The notes below the pieces were generated by a model, which was given only the letters and a program-made list of their open reading frames with translations, did not search any database and was not told the origin of the DNA. 55,210 nucleotides of DNA from Ruditapes philippinarum (Eukaryota), in the NCBI RefSeq assembly GCF_026571515.1, contig NW_026864532.1:434001-489210 (forward strand). The letters are read 5' to 3'. A program made the translations under genes and the position numbers. Below are positions 12,214-23,032 of this stretch, in pieces; the stretch's first letter is position 1, and each line of letters starts with the position of its first letter.

Positions 12214-14781
12214 AGACCCTTTCATTTAAGCGATAACAGTCAGGGAAGAGTTACTTCCCTTACCGGATGTGACGTAAATGGGGATAAAACTATGCAGGCC
12301 GCATAGAATGTTAGCGAGTATTAATAAACGCAAATACACACACAGAATGTTAGCTTATTGAAATGTTAAAAGCGTAAATACTGATCGTTCAATTATGATT
12401 ATAACATGTAAAAACTTACGCATGCATACATAAATTCAATATCAAGACAATAGAAAAAAATACAAAAAAAACAAAGATTAAGATAATTCTCGCTACGGAG
12501 TGAAACAGCAAAACTTCAAAGTGAAGATATTTATTACATCTAGATTTTCCCTAATGTCAGGATAAAAATCAAATTTTAATATTTTATAAACACCCATTCA
12601 CACTGAAATTGCCTATTACAAATTTAAATGGCCATTTTCTAGTTTTCTGTGTTATTTTCTGTCAGTTTGAAAATTCCGGCGTATTTGTGACAAACATGAA
12701 AATAAGATTGCCAATGTCTTTGAATGATTGTTTTTCAAGCTTTTATAGAACAACAACAGAATGCATTCTGTCAATACTTACTGATTCTTTTTCATGATGC
12801 CGTATAAAAATATTTGAAAGAAAAGGTGAAGGATATAATTTTATAAATATTCGGAAAGAACGAAAACCATGTGGCATTGACTTTTATAATTTTAGATTCG
12901 CAACAGACGATAATAAGATAATTTTGATATTAAAAATATATTCTTATGGTAATAAAACTTAAGATCTTTTCCCAGTAACTTATTTCATAGATAAATAGAT
13001 GTGTATAAGCGCCACTGGGCCGTAACATATTAATTGTTTGTTTGTTTGTTTCATTTTACGCCTTTTCAACAGTATTTCAGTCATATAGGCGGGTAGTTTC
13101 CTAACCATCGTTCCTGGAGAGTTACACCAGTACTAGACTACCTTCCTCCGCGCTAAACTACCAAAGCATCTCCCGGGGATCGAACCCACGCCAGAGAGGT
13201 AACTGGATTAGAAGTCATCGACTCTAACCCCTCGACCACGGAGGCGGTAACATATTAATTAACAGGGTGCATATGTTGTATATACAAGCGGCACTTGGCT
13301 GTGATATCATAAATCACCAGGGTGTATTTTTTAGAGTTATAAGAATTAGATTACGTCACTTTTGTAAGTTGTCAAAATATCTATGTCCGAAATTTGTTAT
13401 GGTTCATCATAGGGACTTTATTGGCCATGCCTTACTGATTTTATGCTCGATCCAGAGTCCTATCAACTGGCACTGTCAAAAATGCGTAAAATTATAATTC
13501 AGTTAATAACGTATTTCTGTGAATGTGTTTCACAACTTGTTTTTGTTTTGTTTTCTTTTCTGATTTTTTTAAAATATTTGATAAGCATAGTATGAATTAA
13601 AAGTATCAAGTTGAAAATATTACTTTACCAGCTTAGATATATTGGTGTGATATACGATTTTTGAGAGTGCATTTTTTGCCGACACAAATAGTATACAGTC
13701 ATGTACATTCAAAATAATTTTTACTTTATATGCCTTTACATGTTTTTTTTGAAATTACATAAATTTATATTGTTGTTTTTCTTTGTCTTAGTAATGCTTA
13801 AATCAAAATGATTTTTAAAAAACCAGTATCTTGCAATTAATTATTACGCAGCCGTCTTTCGAGACTACAGAATCCTTACATTTTTGAAACTCAAAATATC
13901 TTTTGGATATTGTATATTATTAATTAGCAGAGACATAGATACATTATCTATATCTCTGGTATTAGCAAGTTAGTACGATTTAACTGCCTTGTAAAATTTT
14001 CATTTTAAGAATCTAACGAAAATGGTAATCATAATCAGTTACCCAGCAATATGGTCTACTATTAAAACAAATCGTTAACCTTATCATAGTAAACATTTTT
14101 ATTCATTTCACCATCCTTTTTATGTAATATCTTATTCAATTACACAAAGTTTTTGCAATTTCAATATTCCAATCTTACAAGAGAAAGAATTAAGATCTTT
14201 ATATCCCTTTATTACTGGACACGGCCTACTGAATTTTCGACCCATATATCCTATAGTAAATCCATCACATTTAAGGCTAAATTCTGGACAAAACAAATCC
14301 GGTACCGAAACTTCATGACCATTTCTTTAAACACCAATGCAGTCCAAGTAAATTTAGCACAAAAAAATAATACATTAGCCCTTGGAGTTTTTCTGCAGCT
14401 TTTAATTTCTGTAATCACTATAGAATATTCCAAATAGTAACTGGTGTGTATTCTTGAGCATAGTGCCTCATGAAACCTTCCACCCAGAAATGAAATCCTG
14501 CAAAAATACATCAAAAACAACCTTTAAAGTACTCAGAAATGAAACTTCATGTACATAATTACTAAAGATATACTTAAAATATAACCAGTATCAATTAAGA
14601 TGATATGAAATAGGCCATTTCAAAATTTAAAAGAACTACTTTCTAGACTACAACGGGCTGGGTCTAATTCCGTACCGGGGTGACACCTACTGTACTTAAT
14701 CGTATCGGCATTGTCCACCGTATCCCCCAATGACGTCATTCAAGGGCGACAACTTGAATACGGTCTTAAATGAAAGGGTCT
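12214..14781. mobile_element. Non-autonomous DNA transposon, ISL2EU/PHIS-like
   Basis: Perfect 17-bp TIR AGACCCTTTCATTTAAG (12214-12230 / 14765-14781) flanked by AT on both sides; subterminal inverted similarity TGACGTAAATGGGGATA vs TATCCCCCAATGACGTCA; no intact transposase ORF. Confidence 0.7.
13036..13246 (-). mobile_element. tRNA-derived SINE with a perfect 14-bp TSD
   Basis: TSD GTAACATATTAATT at 13022-13035 and 13247-13260; minus-strand head GCCTCCGTGGTCGAGGGGTTAGAGTCGATGACTTC with B-box GGTTCGATCCC; (CAAA)n tail. Confidence 0.88.
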
Positions 14782-14783
14782 AT

Positions 14784-15400
14784 AGACTAGAGACACAGGG
14801 ACACATCTTAATTAATGAATACAGTTTGACACAGCCTTGGAAGAGACAGCAGCCAAAAAGCACTACTGGGAGTTAAATTAAACCGGTTAAAAGTGCACCA
14901 AACCTCATTATTAGCCCAAAATGTTCATATGAGACGAGACAGTGTAAATGAAATTATTCCCCGTCAAGTGAAATTCCTGGGACAAAAGATAACGCAAGAA
15001 ATTCTAATAGTTGATAAGGTAACATACAAGTTAAAATTTAGTTGATATGGAAACATGTAAGTTAAAATTGATAAATAAAACACTGAAATCTGTAGTAAAT
15101 ACGAGTACATACAAAAAAAACCTTATAACCACAACAAAAGTACTCTATATGTCTCAAATGCCCATCAAAGACTTGGCTCGTCAGATGTTATCGAAAGAGG
15201 AAAGTATGCGTAGTATTCAACTTTAAAAGCGTTTAACACTAAAAGTAGTTTAGTTATAACCTCTTTAATTTAAATCCAACTTTAGATAATGTTGGTAGAC
15301 AAAAAAAAAATTGAAAAATTACCATGACCCAACATCTTACAAAGTTCATAAACCAAATCTCCATAAAAACCTGTATCACACGCAATTTCTTTATTTGGGA
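14784..15400 (-). mobile_element. Decayed Penelope-like retroelement (ORF C-terminal remnant and 3' region; probably continues at ~12020-12211)
   Basis: Minus-strand translation contains GFYGDLVYELCKMLGHGNFS, resembling the FYGDLVYK-K-I-G-NFS motif I recall from bivalve Penelope-like ORFs; frame is disrupted. Confidence 0.5.
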
Positions 15401-17424
15401 AATATGAAAATAAATATATTATATTAAATTTACAGTTGCCGTGAATAACAGTTATATATACGTAATGACTATCCAGTGGTATTCGACTTGAGACGGCTTG
15501 AAATGCCATAGCAGGCATAATAACAGTTATCATGGCTGCCTTACCTACTCATTATACCTTTTTTGCGCCAGAAAGGGTGGAATGACCCTCATAAGACTTA
15601 TAACTTAGTTAAATTCAGACTAGGTTATTCTTAACATTCTGTCTTTTGCCTTGGAAACAGTAAACTATACTTAACAAGGATAAAGACATGCTCACACGAA
15701 CTTTCTTTCCAGTTTAACATTTTGCATTTCTTCTTAGATGCAGCTTTTTTTAAAAGAAATATAAAAATAAAAATAAAGACATAAATATATGATTTTGATA
15801 CAAGTTTATGTACATTGCTTTCCCATATTTATTTATAAGAAAGTACGAAAAGCTTTATAAATTTATGTATTTTTTACCAGACGTTTTCTTGTTTTATTTA
15901 TGGAAAAATTATGATTTGGTGAGAAGCATTTTTCGGCATCTTTTTATTCTTAGTCAAATTCATAATTATGCTTAGACTTTTGGGCTGTTGTCTGAAAAAA
16001 ATCTGTGATATTTCACACAATGTGAAATCTAGCACAAATTCTGAATCCTTAAAACAATTTCATTTGTAACGGGACCCTGTTTGAAAATAAATTGCTATAA
16101 TTCACATTTTATGCATTTTAGCATTTTCAGTTGGTGTAAAAACTTAATGATACGATATATATTAAGGCTTTCACATTCATTGACATAAATTGTAAAATGT
16201 TTCTAAATAAGTTGGAAAAAATGATATAAAGCGAGCCTTTGATATGTTTTGGCAACGTTTGTGAGATTTTTTTTATCACATGACTAAACGCATTAAGATT
16301 AAGTTTGGATGTTTGATGCGCTTTTGTACGCCAATGACATATAACACGTATGTAATATAAATAAATGCATAATGGTAATATTACATCCGAAAAAAAAATT
16401 TTACACCTTTTTCCGGCTATTTTTATTCATCAGTTAAATGCCTCCTTTGCTCTGAGTAATACCTTTTCTATAACTTTTAAATTTTTGTATCAAAATACAT
16501 GTTTATAAAAGAAAAGACCACTAAAGGCGGGCAAAACCCACGAAACAAAAGCTTCAAGGTATTCATGGGTATCATTGCAATCTCTTACACTTTATATAGA
16601 ACATTTATAAATAGATAACTTGTGTTAGAATATGTATATATGACATGGATTCGATAATACAAACACAACACAAATGTGTTGATTGTGTTAATTCGGCTCA
16701 TGGCCGTAAAAAGTTGCCACGTACATGTAATCAAAGATGTTATATTTTCGATCCTTGAAGATCGTTCAGCACGACACAAAGTGTTTGTTGTAGTTGTAGT
16801 TCCTTCTATTTGATCTTTTTTATTTGAATGTTTCCAGTATTCCAACTTGAAAACTGTATAATCACGCTAAAGCTATGTTGCCTGCTTTTAAAATTTGTCT
16901 TTTGACTTCCTTTCAAAATTCCACTTTATTAGTTCCGCTCATTTAGGGCACACGCATTCATTTACTTGGGGACCATACGTAGCTTTTCATGAAATGGCAC
17001 AAATGTATCACATTGGAAGTTCCATGATTACAGGCGCATAAACACATTTGTTTCTAAATTAAAAAAAGTCACCATTTTCTATCTTAAATATTGAATTCTG
17101 CTTGGGTCAGTGCTGGGAGCGCGGGGAACCTGCAACATTTTCAATTTTGGCGTTTTTGTGTGATTTAAGGATTCTGTTGCTTTTTCTTTTTCAATATCTG
17201 ATATCACCACTGTCTCGTATAATGTGATGATTACATTTTAATGCTTTGATGCTGAAATATTTCAGAACTTTGGAAAACGCATTGTTCCGATGCATCAATG
17301 TGGCTCCATCATATGAAGCTTGTTGATGTAAACATGGGATAATCACAACGTTTCAAGTCAGTTCCCCGGGATTACCAGGATAGGTGTCACATGGACCTGA
17401 CACAAGAACGACTGGAACCCAAGT

Positions 17425-17630
17425 GGGGCGTCGGTGGCGGGGTTAAGGTCGTTGACTTCAAACCACTTGCCTCTAACCACTATGGATTCGAATCCAGACA
17501 GGGACTTTGAATTCTTTTATGTGGGGAAGCTATCCAGCTAGCATATGGAACGTCGATGGTTCTACGCAGGTGCCCGTCCGTGCCTAAAATATTTTATGCA
17601 GGTGGCTACCTTAATTGGGTCTTCCTCCAC
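17425..17630 (+). mobile_element. tRNA-derived SINE (family A), 3'-truncated
   Basis: Head GGGGCGTCGGTGGCGGGGTTAAGGTCGTTGACTTCAAA with B-box GATTCGAATCC; body GAAGCTATCCAGCTAGC...GGTCTTCCTCCAC shared with copies at 20692, 35402 and 49371. Confidence 0.85.
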
Positions 17631-18591
17631 AATCTCTTGGTAAAAAATCTGAACTGCTTAATTTCTAATTTCATTTTTTGTTTAACTTACATATCTTATT
17701 ACACTTAAACACACTAATAAAACATTGATAACCAGGAAGTTTCTATTTATGACTGAAACTGAATATTTGTTTTTAACGGTGTTGTATCTAATCTCGTCAA
17801 GTTTGATGAGGACCAATTTTCTTAAATATCAAAAAGGAGACACGTGTAATCATAGCTGATAAAGCATAATAATATTTGTAATTTAATAACAGTAAAACGG
17901 GAAATTTTATAAGATACAGTTTGTGCGCAGTTATAAACATACCACGGGTAATTATGATGTACATATAAGTATAAATTAAGGCAAGAGAACTTAAAAAGTA
18001 CAAAAAAGGGATAAATAAAATTGAATGTTCCTTAAACAGGGATTAAGGCTCATTTAACTCATTTAAAAATCATAGATATCACTAAATGTGATTTTCAAAC
18101 TTTTTAATCGTCTTGGCAAACATCGAGTGATAACAGCAATTTCGCAACAAAGTGTTTTAAGGATTCATCATAATATTGAAATTTAATTATGTTTATTGAA
18201 AGGTAAATATTATATTTTTACAACGCTGATTTGAGGGTTTTCAATTATATGAAGCAACACTAATATTTTGTGCTGATGGAACTAGATTTGTAACTTACAG
18301 CAAGTGATATATTTTAATATGTAGGATAGTAAGTAAGCTGAACCACCAGGAAACCATATTATAAAAATTTGGATAATGAACATTACATTCATGTACTGCA
18401 AGTAGATGAACAGTGTTTTGATCTTATCAATTTCGAAGCGCTTGTGTCAGTAAAAGTGATATTTTAGTTTTTGAAAACATTACATCAGAGTCCCAACAAG
18501 TGAGAAACTTTAAACTGACAAATCAATCGAATTACTGCGTGTATGATCATTATTTCATTTGGAAGCAGAACAAACGTTGTACTCCAAACTC

Positions 18592-19719
18592 ATGAAAATG
18601 TTCACTTTTAAATTAGAATTTCTTTTGGTACTTTCAATGTTGCCGCAGGAATCGATTGCTAAATTCAAATGCAAAACGTTTACAGACTGTAAAACGTGCA
18701 CTCTCGACAAAAGTTGGAATGAAGAAAGATGTCAGTGGTGTCCTCTAGACCGCGAATGTCACGACCCATCTTCTTCTGAGAATCCATGTTTGAAAAATTT
18801 AAATATTGTAGATCCAAAATTGTGTAGGGAAAATAAGTATGGAAAATATGATCCTCATTCTGCTTTTTTGCATACACTTATGTCCGCTGCTGCCTACTCG
18901 AAGGACCCAAAGATGTGCCTGCAGAAAATGAACGTTACTAAAGATTTTGAAATTAAAGACATTATCAAACACGATTGCAAAGATTTACCGCTATTTACGT
19001 ACAAAGAGTGTGTTGCCTATACTGCAGTTTCTCATACACATAGAGTTATTACCCTTGCTTTCAGGGGGACACGCACTCTGAGCTCACAAATATTTGACCA
19101 GATAATTTCTGTACTAACTATTCCTAAAGTTCCATTCCCAACCGGTGGGAAGGTTCAGCGTTATTTTGCTAATGCTCATAAAAAGTTGTATAATGATGTT
19201 AACGCAAGCGTCACAACCCTGGTCAAAATGTATCCAGAATACAACTTTGTGGTTACGGGTCACTCGCTGGGTGGCGCACTCGCAACTCTTGCAGCTGCTA
19301 CCTTTGCATATCAACATGTTATTCCGTTACGCAATATGTCTATATACACCTTTGGACAACCCAGGGTTGGTGATAAAAACTTTGCTTTCAATTATGATCG
19401 GTTGGTAAACAACAGCTGGAGAGTGGTCCACAATAGAGACATTGTTAGTCATTTGCCACTGTGTAGTCTATTTTCTGGTTGTTCCACGCCTGAAAACGGA
19501 CCGTATCACCATCGAACAGAAATCTTTTACCCAAACGTTACCATGAAAAAGGACTCTTTTTATAAGGAATGTAGAGGAGACGATTCTTACAATTGTAGTG
19601 ATGGGATGATACAGAAGAAACCGTGTACATTCGATATTAAAGATTGTCTTACATACCACATGAACTACTTCAGTCTCCACGTAGGCAGACTTTGTGATCA
19701 TGTTTTGACAAGAAAGTGA
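18592..19719 (+). CDS. Secreted class-3 lipase (Lipase_3) with an N-terminal Cys-rich PSI-like module, copy 1 (375 aa)
   Basis: First in-frame ATG at 18592 (the track start is TTG); signal-peptide-like MKMFTFKLEFLLVLSMLPQESIA; CxxxxDCxxC...CxWC...C module; motifs AFRGT, VTGHSLGGALA (nucleophile Ser), YTFGQPRVG, RVVHNRDIVSHLP (Asp), YHMNYF (His). Confidence 0.92.
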   Translation: MKMFTFKLEFLLVLSMLPQESIAKFKCKTFTDCKTCTLDKSWNEERCQWCPLDRECHDPSSSENPCLKNLNIVDPKLCRENKYGKYDPHSAFLHTLMSAAAYSKDPKMCLQKMNVTKDFEIKDIIKHDCKDLPLFTYKECVAYTAVSHTHRVITLAFRGTRTLSSQIFDQIISVLTIPKVPFPTGGKVQRYFANAHKKLYNDVNASVTTLVKMYPEYNFVVTGHSLGGALATLAAATFAYQHVIPLRNMSIYTFGQPRVGDKNFAFNYDRLVNNSWRVVHNRDIVSHLPLCSLFSGCSTPENGPYHHRTEIFYPNVTMKKDSFYKECRGDDSYNCSDGMIQKKPCTFDIKDCLTYHMNYFSLHVGRLCDHVLTRK

Positions 19720-20691
19720 TTGCAACCTGTTAATCTACATGTATATCTATACTGTTTGTTGTTCAGCTTTTTTTAATCCCCTCCAAGTACATGTACCTAC
19801 TTTTTTCTCCTGTCAAGTGCAAATTATTTCATAAAACAGTAATTGAATATGTATGGCGCCAGTTAATTATGGATATGCCTGAGATCTTTCTTTTTATTTT
19901 GCGTGTGTAACATAAAAATGATGCCCATATTCCGACTGCGAAACCAATGCACAGTCACTCGTTTACTCATTGAGTGAGAAGACTGTTTGATACAGTAGAA
20001 AAAATGTGTAAACTTGTTATTAGAATGAACAATGTGACCACCACTTTCACCTTCACTGAAACCATTAAGGTTACAAACGATTCAAGAGAAAATACAAATA
20101 CATATAGCTCAATCATGTCTATTTGTATGAAGTATTACATTATCATGCTATGTGTATATTTTGTGTACTGTTAACCCTTCTGTTTAATATCCATTAATCT
20201 GGACAAGATCATTCATCAGTTTTGAGGAAATATGTACTGACAGAATAGCGAACAGTGCAAATCATGATGATATTCATAATTGCACAGATATCTTCATTTG
20301 CACGGGTCGCAATGGTAGATTCTGCAGCTACCAGCAGCTCTACATAGGATTCAAGACGTAACCGACGGCAAGTTTTGGATTTTGTACTCATCTATTTGTG
20401 TAGATATGAACTTTAATTTTGAATATAAAAATATGTACGTGAATACCCTAGGAAGTATCGGAAGAATAAATGAAAATTACAGACTTGGTTTAATTAAGAA
20501 TATACATTTGCTTAATAAATTCATTCAGAAACTTAGTGTATTGTTCTTGCTTTTGAAGACGAACTATGCTTGTTTAGGTGGCGCTATTAAAAACCCCACC
20601 TTGAAGTCCAAAGCATATAGAATGTAGATGGGCGCAGACATCTTGATCTATTGAAGTATTACTTTGAATTAAGAGGTAATTATAGAAGCCG

Positions 20692-20940
20692 TGAGGCGTC
20701 GGTTGCCGAGTTAAGGTCGTTGACTTCAAACCACTTGCCTCTAACCGCTTTAGATTCGAATCCCGACAGGGACTTTGAATTCTTTCATGCTAGCTTACGG
20801 AACGTCAATGGTTCTACGCAGATGCCCGTCCGTGCCTAAAATAATGCACGGAGAGGCACCTGGGGTCTTCCTCCACCAGTAAAGCTGGAACGTCGCCATA
20901 TGACCTATAATGTGTCGGTGCAACTTAAAATCCAATCAAA
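20692..20940 (+). mobile_element. tRNA-derived SINE (family A) at the duplication junction
   Basis: Same head and body as the 17425 copy, plus the 3' end AAAGCTGGAACGTCGCCATATGACCTATAATGTGTCGGTGC. Confidence 0.88.
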
Positions 20941-21907
20941 CATACTAACAAACTTGAATCTACGATCTTTTGGTAAACAAAACTGACCTGCTTAATTTCA
21001 TATTTCATTTTTTGTTTCATTTACATACATTGTATCTTATTACACTTAAACACATACAATAGATTTACTTATAAAACATTGATAACCAGGAAGTTTTCTA
21101 TTTATGACTGAAACTAAATATTGTGTTTTTAACGGTGTTGTTAACTTTTGTCAAGCTTAATGAGAAACAATTTTCTTAAAACACATGTTTTATAGCCGAT
21201 GAAGCATTATATTATTTGTCATTTAACAAAAGTGAAACAGGAAATTTTAAGACATACTGTTTGTGCGCAGTTATAAATATACCACGGGTAATTATGATGT
21301 ACATAAGTATGAATAAAGGCAAGAGAACTTAAAAAGTACATAAAAAAGGAAAGGATAAATAAAATCGAATGTTAAGGCTCATGTAACTCATTTTAAAATC
21401 ATAGATATCACTAAATGTGATTTTCCAGTTTTTTAATTGTCTCGGCAAACATCGAGTGATAACATTGATTTCGCAACAAAGTGTTATAAGGATTCATCAT
21501 AACTATTGAAATTTATGTTTATTGAAAAGTAAAAATTATACCTTTAACAACGCTGATTTCAGGGTTTTCAATTATATGAAGCAACACTGATATTTTATGC
21601 TGATGGAACTAGATTTGTAACTTACAGCAAGTAATATATTTTAATATGTAGGATAGTAAGTAAGCTGAACCATCAGGAAACGATATTATAAAAATTTGGA
21701 TAATGAACATTACATTCTTGTACTGCAAGTAGATGAACAGTGTTTTGATCATTTCAATTTCGAAATGTACGTGTCAGTAAAAGTGAAATTTTAGATTTTT
21801 GAAAACATTACATCAGAGTTCCAACAAGTGAGAAACTTTAAACTGACCGAATTACTGTATGATCATTATTTCATTTGGAAGCAGAACAAACGCTGTACTC
21901 CGCACTC

Positions 21908-23032
21908 ATGAAAATGTTCACTTTTAAATTAGAATTTCTTTTGGTACTTTCAATGTTGCCGCAGGAATCGATTGCTAAATGCAAATGTAAAACGTATACA
22001 GACTGTAAAACGTGCACTAGCGACAAAAGTTGGAATGTAGAAAGATGTCAGTGGTGTCCTCTAGACCGTGAATGTCACGACCCATCTTCTTCCGAGAATC
22101 CATGTTTAAAAAATTTAACTATTGTAAATCCAAAATTGTGTAGGGAAACTAAGTATGGAAAATATGATCCTCATTCCGCTTTTTTGTATACACTTATGTC
22201 CGCTGCCGCCTACTCGAAGGACCCAAAGATGTGCCTGCAGAAAATGAACGCTACTAAAGATTTTGAAATTAAAGACATTATCAAACACGATTGCGAAGAT
22301 TTACCGTTATTTACGCACGAAAAGTGTTTTGCCTATACTGCAGTTTCACATACACATAGAGTTATTACCCTTGCTTTCAGGGGAAGCACTGCGGTTTCAC
22401 AAATTGTTGATGAGATGATTTCTGTACTAACTTTTCATAAAGTTCCATTTCCAATCGGTGGGAAAGTTCAGCGTTATTTCGCTGATGCTCATAAAAAGTT
22501 GTATAATGATGTAAACGCAAGCGTCACAACCCTGGTCAAAATGTATCCAGAATACAACATTGTGGTTACAGGACACTCGCTTGGTGGCGCACTCGCAACA
22601 CTTGCAGCTTCTACCTTTGCATATCAACATGTTATTCCGTTACGCAATATGTCTATATACACCTTTGGACAACCCAGGGTTGGTGATAAAAACTTTGCTT
22701 TCAATTATGATCGGTTGATAAACAACAGCTGGAGAGTGGTCCACAATAGAGACATTGTTAGTCATTTGCCAACGTGTAGACTATTTACTGGTTGTTCCAC
22801 GCCTGATAACGGACCGTATCACCATCGAACAGAAATCTTTTACCCAAACGATACCATGAAAAAGAACTCTTTTTATAAGGAATGTAGAGGAGACGATTCT
22901 TACAATTGTAGTGATGGTATGATACAGAAGAAACCGTGCACAGTCGATATTGTAGATTGTATCGAATACCACAAGTACTACTTCAATCTTCGCGTAGGCA
23001 CACTTTGTCAGCATGTTTTGACAAAAAAGTGA
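21908..23032 (+). CDS. Secreted class-3 lipase with PSI-like module, copy 2 (374 aa)
   Basis: Close paralog of 18592-19719; intact GHSLGG, DIVSHLP and YHKYYF; ATG at 21908. Confidence 0.92.
   Translation: MKMFTFKLEFLLVLSMLPQESIAKCKCKTYTDCKTCTSDKSWNVERCQWCPLDRECHDPSSSENPCLKNLTIVNPKLCRETKYGKYDPHSAFLYTLMSAAAYSKDPKMCLQKMNATKDFEIKDIIKHDCEDLPLFTHEKCFAYTAVSHTHRVITLAFRGSTAVSQIVDEMISVLTFHKVPFPIGGKVQRYFADAHKKLYNDVNASVTTLVKMYPEYNIVVTGHSLGGALATLAASTFAYQHVIPLRNMSIYTFGQPRVGDKNFAFNYDRLINNSWRVVHNRDIVSHLPTCRLFTGCSTPDNGPYHHRTEIFYPNDTMKKNSFYKECRGDDSYNCSDGMIQKKPCTVDIVDCIEYHKYYFNLRVGTLCQHVLTKK

Noticed and set aside
14784-15400. Hammerhead ribozyme in the Penelope-like remnant
   Set aside because: No intact CUGAUGA...GAAA core with pairing stems could be identified by eye.
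18559-18591. TTG start of the lipase ORFs as given in the track (also 21875)
   Set aside because: Eukaryotic gene; the downstream ATG directly precedes a signal peptide.
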